Positions 12,346 to 26,750 are shown, counted from the first letter of the stretch. The stretch is 42,815 nucleotides of DNA from Octopus bimaculoides (GCF_001194135.2 NC_068983.1:101820019-101862833), one strand, 5' to 3'. A program made the numbers and translations. The notes: a model not told the origin generated them from the letters alone.

Positions 12346-14247
12346 ACAGGTAGTTTGTGTCTGTCTGTACCACTACATAAAGCACATAAATTCAAGATGG
12401 TTCAAACATTGTACAATGGGGTTGTCACATATACTGTTTATAAAAGTCTTATAAAAACATTTTCTTTATGAAGAATTCACATAAATATTAATTAAAACTA
12501 AGAATTCATATTGCTTTTTATTAACATAGGTTTTGAAATAATCTCAATATTCTGAACTTTTATATATGAATATCTTCTTAGCACTGCAGGTGAAATCAAA
12601 AGCCCATTGTAAGTCACAATGTCTGGAAGATTACAATAGTCGAGACGATCGTATTAGTTTATAGTAGGAATGTCAAAACTCAAACAGAATTGAGGTAATA
12701 AGCTATGTTTGTTTATGTAGGACAAAATTTTAATATGATACAGGCACCTCTTGTATAACCAGGAGGTATATGGAGATTTCAGTTAGACTAATTGGCATTC
12801 TATAATATATGCATGTTATTTGCAATGTTGTAAATTAGTGTTATCTAATGATTATAAAACATAGCATTTTAGTGTAATTTACTAGAGTTTGAAGATAGTA
12901 CTGTTCCTGAGATGATCTAATTAGTACCACTAGTGAATCTGCAAATAACTTAGTAACTTAAATGCAAAGTTGCCTTTTGAGCAGAGCTACTTTTTCTCCA
13001 AACAAGAAGTATTTGGCAAATATGTAATGTGTGGTTGTGAAAGATGAACAGGAGTTGAAAAAGAACTGCAGTATTAATAAACTTGTGACAGACTGAGCAT
13101 GTGTGTATTAAGAAAATAATTGTCTCACAACTATTAAGTACTACATCATTAAAAAGGTATAACTATGTAATATAAATGGATGATGCTGTTTATAAAAAAA
13201 AGTTCTGCAAACAATGATGAAGTATGCTATTTCCATGTATGTTGAATTTGGGTATTTTTTGAGTAAGAGACTGTCTTTCACGATAATGTCACTTAAATTA
13301 GAAGTAAAATTTGGTGTTTTCAGCAAGCTTAAACCAAATGAAGTAATCTACCTTGGTTCAGGGACACCATACTTACCATAGCTGCTGGTTGATAGGGTAG
13401 ATTTCATTACTTTTTATTCATCAGATTAGTATTTTCAAACTTGGAAACTTTGTCACAGTTATTTAAATTGGGGATCAATTTTCTAGAAACTCAGTTGTGG
13501 AGTAATTTATTTACGTTGAAAATATTAAATGATTTCTTAAAATATTTAAGCTTTTTAAAAAAAATGTAATAGCTGTTCTATATTTAAATGAATGGTTTAG
13601 AAAATAGCTATATATATATATAATGAAACAAACTATTAGGCAAATGACAAGCTCTTAGAAATATAATTACAATTTAACATACTTTGTAATTTTAAGTATT
13701 ATTCACTAATGTTTGGTGTTTGGCTTCTACTGATAATGCATGGAGATGTGTATAACATATATAAATATATATAGATAAATAGGTGTGTTTTTTCATTATA
13801 TTTGCAGTGTAATAATCTTTGCATGGAGATATTCTGAACAACACTATTTTTTCATTAAATGTTTTCAAAAATGTATAACTTAACAATAAAGAAATGATAT
13901 AAAAGTGAACAAGATTGTTTTAATTTTCCAATTCAAAAAGCCAAAGGAAAGTGTGGAGAGGAGAACTTTGTCTTGTGGTATTCCAGGGGTCATTGAAAAA
14001 CTGAGGTTGTACTTAATCTGATTCCTTCCCTCAAAATTTGAGTCCTTGTGGCTCTATTAGAAATCAGTATTGTTAACTATAACTATTGTATACTGTTGTG
14101 CAACATAGAAATTCACATATTTGCTAACATTTAGCTGTTCAGTAAAAAATAGCAGAAATTTAAATAAAATCAAAATATAAATAGCATCTGTAAAGCTTGA
14201 GTACCTGTGTGCATATGTATATTTATGCACACACATATATATATGCA

Positions 14248-14309
<62 letters not shown>

Positions 14310-14979
14310 CACACATACATGTGCATGCGCGCACACACACACACACAGGCGCGCGTGTGCGCATACTTAGGGTGTAAAATTGACAGTTGTAAGAGCATCA
14401 GACACAGTGATTTGTAGTAGATGTTCTGCCTCTCTGCTTCCTGGGTACAAATCCCACCCAAATCAACTTTGCCTTTCTGTTCTTTCATGCTTAACAAATG
14501 ACATACCAGGAGTGGGCTGTGAACTGGGGAGATACTTAGTATCTTTTTCAGTGCTGTGACTTCTGAGTTCATATCCTGCCTTCTGCTTGGGAAGTCCTTA
14601 AGCAAGTGGTTAAGAGAACTTTGGAATCCAAGTCCTATGTCCTCAACAAATGGACATATTTATATATATCTAAATGTATACTCAAAAATATTTCCTTTTA
14701 AGATTGGTTCTTCAGTACTACTGATGTTTAACTTTACACCATCTCAAGAATCAAATATTTCTGAAAAATTTCATTTTGGCTCTTTAACAGTCAAAATAAC
14801 TGTATAATTTCCATGAGTGCTGCAAGTATTTAGCAATATTTATAGCGTTTTATTTTGCTTTTTTATATTATACTTCTTTGTATTTTATATTATACTTATA
14901 CAATTTTATGAATATTTTCCTCATCTTTTGTTGTTATCATTTGAAAATTACCCCCACCCCACCTACCTTTGCTTACTGC

Positions 14980-15025
<46 letters not shown>

Positions 15026-15524
15026 NNNNNNNNNNNNNNNNNNNNNNNNNNNNNNNNNNNNNNNNNNNNNNNNNNNNNNNNNNNNNNNNNNNNNNNNNNN
15101 NNNNNNNNNNNNNNNNNNNNNNNNNNNNNNNNNNNNNNNNNNNNNNNNNNNNNNNNNNNNNNNNNNNNNNNNNNNNNNNNNNNNNNNNNNNNNNNNNNNN
15201 NNNNNNNNNNNNNNNNNNNNNNNNNNNNNNNNNNNNNNNNNNNNNNNNNNNNNNNNNNNNNNNNNNNNNNNNNNNNNNNNNNNNNNNNNNNNNNNNNNNN
15301 NNNNNNNNNNNNNNNNNNNNNNNNNNNNNNNNNNNNNNNNNNNNNNNNNNNNNNNNNNNNNNNNNNNNNNNNNNNNNNNNNNNNNNNNNNNNNNNNNNNN
15401 NNNNNNNNNNNNNNNNNNNNNNNNNNNNNNNNNNNNNNNNNNNNNNNNNNNNNNNNNNNNNNNNNNNNNNNNNNNNNNNNNNNNNNNNNNNNNNNNNNNN
15501 NNNNNNNNNNNNNNNNNNNNNNNN
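15026..15524. other. Assembly gap (499 N) after (TA)n
   Basis: N run. Confidence 0.99.
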
Positions 15525-15681
15525 TGCTGCTAGTTTTTTGTTTGTAATGTCTGCCTGTGAGGAAAATTTTAATAAATCAAGAAATGATCAAGTATAGCAT
15601 TCAATACATCTTTGCTATTCAAATTCATGCTACTGTCAGTTTTGAGTTATTTCTCCTTAACACTTAACAGTTTTGTGTGTG

Positions 15682-15729
<48 letters not shown>

Positions 15730-17061
15730 ACACACACACACTCTCTCTCTCTCTCTCTCACTTATACTTCGAAAGTGCAGTGCTGCAAGATGATTTGTTA
15801 GAAGGCTAGAGGCTACAGCAGGAGATATTTTCCCAAGGTGTCACTCACTGAGATAGAATTCAAAGCAAACTCTGTATTCACATTCTCTGGTCTATGTCTA
15901 CATATGCACATGCACACATGTGCACGCACATAATTATGTGTGTGTTTGTGTATGTGCACATACAGCTGTTTGTGTTGTATGTGTCTTCACTTTGATAATG
16001 TTTCAACATAACAGTGTTGTTATTTACATTTGCATAAATGATACCTCCCATAAATTGATGGTTTAGTCAGTCTCAGTGTGTGAAGAGCAGTGAGAAAAAT
16101 GCACCAATTGGAAAACAATTAAATATTGGTGTCAGGAAGGGCAGCTAGCAGTAGATTACTTCTTTAATAATTCTCATCCAACTCATACCAGTATGGAAAA
16201 ACGTAAATACATAGTTATAAAAGAAATGATGATGCTGAATGACAATGATGACAGTAGTGATGCTGCAGCTTGTATGTACAATGTCATACATATAGGCTAT
16301 CATCAAAAGTTTCTGGACTGCACATAGTGTAATTGTGCAGTTCAGTAGTTGGGAATTTAGTGTCAGATGTAGTGTCCATAAAGTAATATTGATCTCAGTA
16401 ATGTTATATAAATTCTTACCTTCGTATGGATCAAAAGATAGTGGAATTTCCATATCAACTTTAACATGCCCATTGCTTGTTCTGCTTTCCTAATTCCTTT
16501 TACAAACTGACTATCAAATAACTAAATATTTGCAACCATTATAGCTGAATACTTGAGGTGACCTGTGGTCTTTATCACTTCTCTTTCTCTACTACAGTTG
16601 AATGTATCAGCATTCATTATATTCATCATTTCTTAACCAACCTTGCTCCTCTCCCTTATTAAACCTGCCAATATTTGTTGCATTTCGTTTGTCATTCTTG
16701 TGATCATCACTTGTCATCAGCATAATGTAGATATGTTACCTTTTTTTTTTTTTTTTTAACGTCCATTGTATTCCACAAACTCTTCCTTGCAAAATGTTAT
16801 CCCCCATCACACAAACAGTCACGAACACAAAAAGTAGAGAAGGTAGAATGCCTCACTGAATAACACCATACTTTACCTCAAAAGTTCACTAAGTTTCATC
16901 CACTTTGACTTGATATAAGGCTCCTTCATGCATGTTTGAAATTATGTCAGTATATTTTTTAGGTATGCTGTAACTTCTCATTATCTTTGGCAATGCTTGT
17001 TATTATATGCTATCAAAAGCATCCTCATTTCATTTGCCTATTGTATAATATGCCACGCACA

Positions 17062-17094
<33 letters not shown>

Positions 17095-17582
17095 CAGTAT
17101 AAATGTTCATGTATGTGTGTGTGTGTGTGTGTGTATGTACTTACCATATTTTTATATAGATCTTTATTCATGTGTATATTAATACTTGATTTTGTCTTCA
17201 CACATACACCCACCCCCACACACACAATCATTTTGGATAACTTATTTGCAAGTTTTTGAGTTATTAATTCTATGTATTTCTACCAAATTGCTCCATTAAC
17301 TTGATCTTTATATGATAGTAGGAAAATATATTGTGATAAAACTGAAAAAACTATGTATTCAGTGTTGTATTAAATACATAGGTAAATGTCATCATATATT
17401 TAGCTAATTAATTTTTCTTAAAATGCCTGTATTATATATAAATGTATATATATACATACGTATGAATATGTATGTGTGTGTGTGTGTGTATACATATAGA
17501 GAGAGTGAGAGAGAAAGAGAAAGAATGTCATGTTTCCTTTCACCTGTGTTGAAATCTGTTTACTTTCAAAACTTATCAATAA

Positions 17583-17816
<234 letters not shown>

Positions 17817-18317
17817 TAATGCTTATTTCTATTGATGCACAATTTGAAACTTAAATATCATCCTTCACCCATGTCTATTTGTCATCATCATTTAATGTCC
17901 ATTTTGTATTTCTGTTTATCTATCTGTCCTCCTATGCATCATTGATGTATACACATCAATCTCTTCACATAAATTAGCTGCAGTAGATTTGGGATAGTTA
18001 TACATATTAGAAATGAAAACTCTTTGAGGGAACTGCTACCTTTCTTCTCAAGAAGATTTGTTCCTTTCCTTTTGAAAGTCAGGTTATATAAGACAGGAGA
18101 CACCAGCAATGAATATAGATTATCTACAACAATCAAAGAAAAATAATGATCTAAGTATGTTAAGGTGTGAACTTGTACAAAATCTTAAGTGTCTGTAAAA
18201 TGAAAAGCAACTGGTCACCAAAAATGGAGGTCAAGATGTGCAGGGAGACAACTGTCATAATATTGATGTCATACTAGAGGAAAGAAAAGAGGCAGTGAAT
18301 TGATGGATTTTTTAAGG

Positions 18318-18625
18318 ATTTTTGTAGGATTTTCGAGCGAGATCGTTGCCAGTGCCCCTGGACTGGCTCTTGTACGGGTGGCACATAAAATACACCATTT
18401 TGAGTGTGTACCGCCTGACTGGCCTTCGTGCGGGTGACATATAAAAGCACCCACTACACTCTCTGAGTGGTTGGCGTTAGGAAGGGCATCCAGCTGTAGA
18501 CACTCTGCTAAATCAGATTGGAGCCTGGTGTTGCCATCCGGTTTCACCATTCCTCAGTCAAATCGTCCACCCCATGCTAGCATGGAAAGCGGACGTTAAA
18601 CGATGATGATGAGGATGATGATGAT
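18318..18625 (+). mobile_element. RTE-type 3' UTR/tail fragment with (GAT)n end
   Basis: Shares GCACCCACTACACTCT...GTTGGCGTTAGGAAGGGCATCCAGCTGTAG...GGACGTTAAACGATGAT with the 5325-6144 element. Confidence 0.85.
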
Positions 18626-19244
18626 GGTACCTGTGTGCAGTAGATCACTGATGAAGTAGTTAAAATTAAAGCTGTTAATGCTGAGCATCATTAATAAAAA
18701 AAATGCAAAAACCAAAATGTATGGAAAGCTTATGTAATCACACCTGACTGGTCATGCTATGCCATATTAACTTCTAAAAACATTGAACTGATGAATTAGG
18801 AGGAATAGCTGTAGCATTGTATTCTCTATTGCTTATGATAAAGGAATTGTAACATATTTGCTACAAAATTTCTATGTGAGATACATGTACTGAAAATACA
18901 TGTATCTCAAGAAAGTGATTAAAAAATAATGAACTGAATCTGATTTGTGGGATTTATACTGTGAACTTGAACTGGTAGTAGAAAGTTGTGCAGATTTAAC
19001 TTGAGACAATGTGATCAAATCTTAGAAACTAGGAACTAAGAATGGTTGCAATGAACCAATTAAGATGCTGAGCAAAACTGTTCAGTTAATGTCAACAAAG
19101 AAAAAAAAGCTGCTATGGCAAAGATGTGATGATAAACAAGAAAAAAGTGAATATTGACCTTAAAATTAGCTAAGGTATTGTTTGTCCAATAAACTTTTGA
19201 AATTATATCAAGAGTGAATATGATTATTATGTCACCCAAGCTGA

Positions 19245-19448
<204 letters not shown>

Positions 19449-19689
19449 TAGTAGCACACTATTTTAATGGTGTTTATTTCAATACTTCATTGTACAACTG
19501 TAGGTACAGACTTATGTAAATAACTTGTTTCAAGATACAGTATCTTTGTGAAGAAAAAAAGAGGGATCGGCCAGATGAGGTTTAATTCTATGTTGGGATT
19601 TCTTCAGTAGCTAAGTACCCTTTTTAACTGTCCATAGAGATATTACTTATGAACCCTGTACTACTAAAGGTTCAAGTAAATTGTGTAGG

Positions 19690-20356
19690 TCAACTTCCAT
19701 TAGAATGAAGGCAGCATCTTTGGCTTCTAAAGACAACTGAAAATGATATGGCTCATATTCAGTTTGAACTTCTATAAAGTGACTCTTGTAAGAGAAATGT
19801 GAGCAAGAGAGTAATTCCAGAAAGTTTAACAGCTCTGTGTAGAAATGATTGAGAAAAGTGTTTGAGGATGAGATGAAAAGAAACAATTTTATCAGATGGG
19901 CATGGGTGGAGGTGATATGCAGTGTGCTAGCAAAAATAACTACAACAGTATTTTAATGTGAGGCACACTTGATTTTTATAGAGGAACAACAATAGATTGG
20001 AGCTGAAATATTTTCTGAAGAGGAAGCTTGTCTTTCGATGTAGATTTTCCAATGTCATAAAAGTGCAATCACAGTAAGAGATATTGTCAAAGATTGTGAA
20101 GTGTAGCACTTTGTAGCAACTTAGCTTTGATTATTTACTGTTCATGTGTACTGAGTGTGTATAGTAAAACAGTTTTCCTATATGTTTAGCTATTGTGTAT
20201 TGTGCTGTAAACTAGGTTGTCACACTCTCATTGGAGGTTGTTTTCAAGTTTTCTATTCATGGAAGCTGTGCAATCTATTATGAAATGTCTAAGACATTTA
20301 GAGATAATACCTGTCTTTAGAAAGTTAAGGAGAAGTGGTGAGTTGTGTAATCTGAG

Positions 20357-20392
<36 letters not shown>

Positions 20393-20875
20393 GTTAGAAG
20401 TATTGGCAGATATGTCATTACTGTAGAGAAAGATGATATTGAGAGTCAACTGCACTTTGTAGTATATTAGAGTTGATAGAATGTGGTTCAGGGAGAGCTG
20501 TATCAGTTCGTGTTGCACTGAAATAGTCTGACTAGAGAATTCTATATCAAGATGAGAAACAAATGGAGCTTGTAAGTGAGGAAACTTAGCTTGGGATTTC
20601 TCATTCCAGACACAGTGGAGAGCTTTTATGTTGTCAAGGGCAACAATATTACTTTTGCCAAAGTTCTTAAGTGTGAGAGACCATTGGTAATTGATATTGA
20701 AAGGCAAGTCTTTGAGAGTAATTTATCACTGCTTCCATCGCGTTTGAAATGTTCGAAGTAGGAGCAACAAGGCAGTAGCTGGTAAGATAAAAAAATGTTG
20801 TCCTTTGTGGGAATGGAATTTGTGGTGTAGATGTATTTAGAGAGAGAAAGATTGAAAAGTTTACTGAGGACACAG
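19690..20875 (-). mobile_element. Decayed non-RTE LINE reverse-transcriptase fragment (CR1/L2/Jockey-group-like), antisense in an ACK intron
   Basis: Minus-strand ORFs read SNISNAMEAVIN, WSLTLKNFGKSNIVALDNIKALHCVW (cf. ALDISKAFDRVW), ASMNRKLENNLQ and FLFRKYFSSNLLLFLYKNQVCLTLKYC (cf. LYKAQVRPTLEYC). These occur in the correct RT order. Confidence 0.8.
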
Positions 20876-21067
20876 GCTAACTCTGGAGTATAATTTGTTA
20901 GGGTAATAGAATACGTTGGAAAAGTTATTGATACTCTTTAAGCTCCTGAACATCCCAGGTTGAACTGTTCTGTGAGAGAGAGAGAGACATTCTTTTTAAT
21001 CATATTTTAACACCCATGTCAGTGTCAGCATCATTAATATGACTAAACATACATCAATTTACTATAG

Positions 21068-21319
<252 letters not shown>

Positions 21320-21519
21320 TAATATATATATATTTTTACAATATCAAAATCTTCTTGGGATAAAAATACCTGCTACACATTATTACTTCTAAAAATTTTC
21401 TCGCACCAGTGAAAATGATTTTTGACAGTAAGCAAATGAGTTTGATGGTTTTTAGTATCTACTTTTTATGTTTGAAAGCTCAAATATAAATGTGTTAATA
21501 AATTCAATCAAATACCATT

Positions 21520-21830
21520 AGTAGTTATGGCTGTGTGGTAAGAAGTTTTCTTCCCAAACACATAATTCTGGGTTCAGTTGCACTGCGCAGTACCTTCAGC
21601 AAGTGTCTTTTATTATAGCCCCAGGCAATCCAAATCCCTTGTTGTGTGTATATGTGTGCATGTGTGTGTATGCTCCTGTAACTTAACAGTTTGGCAAAAG
21701 AGATTGATTGAATAAGTACTGGACTTAAAAAAAAAACAAAAGTTAGTGTTGGAGTTGATTTGTTCAACTAACATTCTTGAAGGTAGTGCCCCAGTATGGC
21801 CACAGTCTAATGACTGAAGCATGTAAAAGA
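21520..21830 (+). mobile_element. SINE family C, near full length, diverged
   Basis: Head ATGGCTGTGTGGTAAG...GGGTTCAGT, body AACTTAACAGTTTGGCAAAAGAG, end TGACTGAAGCATGTAAAAGA. Confidence 0.8.
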
Positions 21831-21919
21831 CGAGAGTTAAATATAAATCAATTTTTTTTTTTTAAATCAATCTGCAATTTTGTTTTTTGACATCAATTTT
21901 TATGAATGCTCTGTTGTAG

Positions 21920-22012
<93 letters not shown>

Positions 22013-22104
22013 TAAGACTGATATTCCTAATATTTTTTAAAACATTTCAAGAAAGAATTTGGAACATTTTTGTTAATTTGTTACACTTCAGCAATTTTCC
22101 AACT

Positions 22105-22290
22105 ATTGCAGTGCCATGTAAAAAGCATCCAGCTCACTTTGTAAACTGGTTGGTATTAGGAAGGGGATACAGCCATCGAAACCAAGCCAAATCAGACTGG
22201 GACCTGGTGCAGCTCTCCTGCTTACCCACTCTGGTCAAACTGTCCAGCCCATGCCAGCATGAAAAACAGACATTGATGATTATGATGATG
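22105..22290 (+). mobile_element. RTE-type tail fragment (variant subfamily) ending in (GAT)n-like repeats
   Basis: TGGTTGGTATTAGGAAGGG...GTCAAACTGTCCAGCCCATGCCAGCATGAAAAACAGACATTGATGAT. Confidence 0.75.
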
Positions 22291-22583
22291 TAATAGTTAT
22301 AAGCCTTCAGTCACTTTCAAGCTCAAAGTAGAGAGCAATCAATGCATGGGTCTGTCTGAGAATATTCAGAGAGTATGCAACACATAGAATATCAAAACAG
22401 TGTTCAAAAGTAACAGCACATTTTGCAGATGCATCACTGAGGTTAAACCTACCCAAGAGTGTCCAGAACATAAGAAATGTATTTGTAGCTTCTTACTTAT
22501 TTGTGGAAGATTCTATAAATAAACTAAGCCGTTCCTAAATGTTAAAACAAAGGAATATTGTAAAGCTTTAATGAGAGGGGAAA

Positions 22584-22631
22584 TATACCATCAAATATCG
22601 TATGGCTGAACATACGATATTTGATGGTATA
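22584..22631. other. Perfect inverted repeat: 21-bp stem, 6-nt loop
   Basis: TATACCATCAAATATCGTATG-GCTGAA-CATACGATATTTGATGGTATA. Confidence 0.95.
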
Positions 22632-22871
22632 AAAGACACACAATCGAATTAGATGCATCCCAGTTTCAGCAGCATATGCTCTGGGAAACAAGTTTTTGTG
22701 ATTAAAGCATGTAGTATTACAAACAATCTACCAGTACATTACAGAATATTACAAAGGTACCTGAGCTATAACAGAGAATATTACTGTATGTAAAAAGAAA
22801 GGCTAAGTAGAAAAGGAGACCATCTGGATTAAAATTAGCATAAAGCAGTGAGTGTCAGGGACAAAATTAGC

Positions 22872-23099
22872 TTAATCCTTTAGCATTTAAACTGGCTGTA
22901 TCCAGCCCAATTATTCTACCAGTTTTATGTTCAAGCTGGTCATGTCCTACTTCTCACACCTACCCTGCAATGTCATTGTAAAAATAAACACCTATGTCAG
23001 TGAAATCTCATGGCTACAAGATAATACATGGTTAATTCAAAGCAATGTGAATAAACAAGCATTACATTTGATAGAGTAATCTGAATGCTAAAGGGTTAA
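22872..23099. mobile_element. piggyBac-type MITE (about 220 bp) with TTAA target duplications
   Basis: Left TTAA|TCCTTTAGCATT and right AATGCTAAAGGG|TTAA: 12-bp TIR with 1 mismatch. A CCC-type TIR start and TTAA TSD are established piggyBac hallmarks. Confidence 0.75.
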
Positions 23100-23326
23100 C
23101 AGAAACCCAATTTTGCCAGTTTCATTTGACTTATCGCTTTCTCTACTGGATATAATTATGTTCAAGAAAGCTAGCTTTCACTTGGTTTACTACTGAATTA
23201 TACTGCTAGTCTTGGTCTCTCCACCTTGCTAAAAATTCTATCGTTGGAACTATAGCACATTGGATTAAAAGTTAATCAGAACAAAGATGTTATTTTTTGA
23301 ATATAAGTCAAGGAAAAGTAAGGCCT

Positions 23327-23329
<3 letters not shown>

Positions 23330-23373
<44 letters not shown>
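23330..23373. repeat. (TA)n microsatellite
   Basis: Directly visible. Confidence 0.95.
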
Positions 23374-23377
<4 letters not shown>

Positions 23378-24735
23378 AATAATCAAAATATGAAAAATAT
23401 TTCAGATGTTTGGCCTTTAATGTATGCATAATTGTTGTTTAGTCAAGTAGAAAGAATTTTGCTGCATAGTGTATATTTGACTCTGAAAAATTTGAGAATC
23501 AATACTTTCAGTAGTTAAAAATATATTGTAATGTGAGTTAGTTTCTTATAGAAGATAAAGTTTTTAAAGGTTTGATTTGTAATTATGAATGATACTATAG
23601 CAATAAACCTGTCAGTGGGTTTTTGCTCTCTTTCATCTCAATTTTTGGCTGATATCAAATGTGATTTTGCATTGAAAATCTTAGCACCTAATTTGATTCA
23701 TGAGGTTACTTCTTGTTGCAAAACATCAAATAAAGGTGCATTATCTTGATTTGTTAGACATATATAGACATTCTTAAATACAATATATAATATTTATATG
23801 TGGAGTTATAACCTATTCTGCTAATGCTAAGTGAGTGACTAATTATCTTCTAAAGATAAAGTTGCTGAAAATGCAGAAAAGAAAGTTGTAAGTACTCTGT
23901 AGTGTGAAGAGTAATGCTGCCACCCATCATGTTTGGATGGATTCTTGTTAAAGAGTTTGTTGCTCTTTTCTATCTTTAGTTAGTGTTTAGAATATCTAAT
24001 ATGATTTGTTTTTAATCAAAGTTAAAAGAAATTCTTTTTTGATGTGACATTTGAATGGCTTGACAATCCAAACCCTGGTAAAAGTTTTCTATTCTTGCAG
24101 CCACGAGTGTGTAGATTCAGTCATAATTATTTGGTTAATGTTCTAAATATTCTATTATGTTCTCAAACAAAAATATAAATACTCAAAATAGATATCATGG
24201 AGAGCTGTTCAAGCTTGATTATTTAGTATTTGAGAGAGTGAAAAAATACTCACTTTAACAACTGCTGCAGATTTTTCAGAATGCTCCAGCTCATAAAAAA
24301 AATATTAAAAAATTTCTTTGCAAATACAACTCATTGAAAGATTTGCTTTTGAGATAGCAATATACTTACGTAAGCTATTAATTTTGGTATCTATTTAATA
24401 TGCTTATTATCATAGCTGTACTAAGGCATTTGAAAATAAAAAGAAAACTTGAAAAATATTTTATCTTGGAAAAGTAAAGAATTTTGGCTCTGCAGTACAA
24501 AGATGGAGAAATATCAGTGAAAGTAACTGAAACTTTGAAATTGTTACTAAAGCTATCAACTAAAATGCATTCTCTGTAATCTTTTTAAAGAATTGATTTT
24601 ACTTCAGAAAATTCTCCAAATTCTTCTCTGATCAGTTTTAAAACCTAACCCAAAATTTTAAGCATGTCTTTGAAGTGTTAACTGTTTGTATAAACTACTG
24701 ATTATTAAGTGTTATGTTATCTGTGAATAGTATGA

Positions 24736-24918
<183 letters not shown>

Positions 24919-25148
24919 TAATTTTTTGATTAATTATATAATAATTATTTATGTGTTATATTAGTTTTTATTTTCAAATGTTCCTTTATTTAATAGATCT
25001 AGCAATTCTTAAAAACAAATTGAAGAGTTAATTATTTTCAGATGCTTATTTGAATATCATTTAAAGCATTAAATTGTTTGCTATCCAATTTTAGTGTAGG
25101 ATTAGATTTCTCTGAATATAGATTCATGTATCAGGTTGATGTTGTTAG

Positions 25149-25388
<240 letters not shown>

Positions 25389-25769
25389 TAGATGCTGTGT
25401 CCAACGTTATTGATAACATTGAGGATTACCAAATAAGAAAATATGTTTCTTTTTTTTTAAAGAGATGTCAAGCTGAAAAATCTTTGTCATAACATTTGAT
25501 AGTGTAATTGGATGTGACATGTTAAGGTTCCAATAACTTTTAACATGTTTTAATATTTAAAGTGTTATCAAATGCATTTTTCCAATCCTAAATTTTTTGT
25601 GCAATATCTCTGTTTTAACATACATTGTAATTATAAATGTTTTATTCAGCAATATTATATGATTGAAACCTCATGTTGTTTAAGATTATATATAGGAGCT
25701 TGGTAAAGTTAGTCATTTTAGATCTTAGTCAATAATTATGTTGTTTTCTAGTTTATTGCTGTATTATTT

Positions 25770-26265
25770 CTTGTTGTCTTCTCTCCTTTTCTTCAGTGTT
25801 GTTACTCTGTTGTTTCATTCTGCTGTTATCTTTTCCACTGTTATTGTCTCTGCTACTATCTTCTCTTCATTATCCTCTCTACTGTTATTGTCTCTGTAGT
25901 TATCTTGTCAGCTGTCATCATCTCTGCTCTTATTGTCTCTCCTATTGTCATCTCTCCTGTTGTCGTCTCCGCTGTTATTGTCTCTCCTGTTATCTTTCCT
26001 TACCTTCTCTTTTGTTGTTTTTTTCTGTTATCTCCTGTTATCTTCTCCTCTCTTACTTTCTATGCTGTTTTCTTCTCTCCTCTTATCTTCTTTGCGGTTG
26101 TCTTCTCTTCTGTTATCTTATCTGTTAGTATTTTCTTTTGTTATCGTTTTTGTTATCATCTTCTGTGTTATCTCCTCCATTGATATATTTTCTTTGCTTT
26201 TACCTTCAATGCTTCCTTCACTTTTCTGTCTTTTTTTTCCATCTTCTAAGTTATCTAGCCTCATA
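25770..26265 (-). repeat. Degenerate 15-bp tandem repeat (plus-strand consensus about CTGTTATYRTCTCTS)
   Basis: Units such as ctgttattgtctctg, ctgtcatcatctctg, ctattgtcatctctc and ctgttgtcgtctccg. The A-poor plus strand explains the three overlapping open frames. Confidence 0.75.
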
Positions 26266-26750
26266 ATTTACTATTTAGCGTAGCCTCACTTCAGAGGAGA
26301 AGGTTCTAATTAATAGGGAATGTGAGTTTGTATGTTACCTGCATATGTTGAGTTGTTTTTTAAATTCAGGTATTTACTTGTGGCTTCTCTGTGTTGTGTA
26401 CTAGAGAATGGGTTATTGTTTGAGATGAAAGATGTGAGATATACTATATTATATACTTGTAGATAATTCACAAATGCAAAAAGGCTGCAAAAAATATCAG
26501 CAACTTCTTTATGAAACCTAGCATTGGACTAGAAATTCAAAGCATCACTGACACACAAAATACACTGGCAATGATTGAGTATAGCTGGTTGTTATGTTTA
26601 CTACACAATGTAAATGAATAGTAATGTTTTAAACAAATATAAGTTGTTAATGGTACATGCAAAAGCAGGTGCACTCATTTGCAGCAAAGTCAATTTTGTT
26701 ACAGAAGAAATGCATCTGTGATGATATGCTTGTTAACTTTTTACCTATAG

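Noticed and set aside
14057-14605. 182-aa minus-strand ORF
   Set aside because: Runs through (TG)n/(TA)n microsatellites and a decayed SINE; no domain signature.
14817-15597. ORFs of 192-239 aa across the second gap
   Set aside because: Mostly X from N bases; not coding evidence.
25796-26283. Three overlapping hydrophobic plus-strand ORFs (Leu/Ser/Cys-rich)
   Set aside because: The plus strand is A-poor tandem repeat, so stop codons are depleted in all frames; not a membrane-protein gene.
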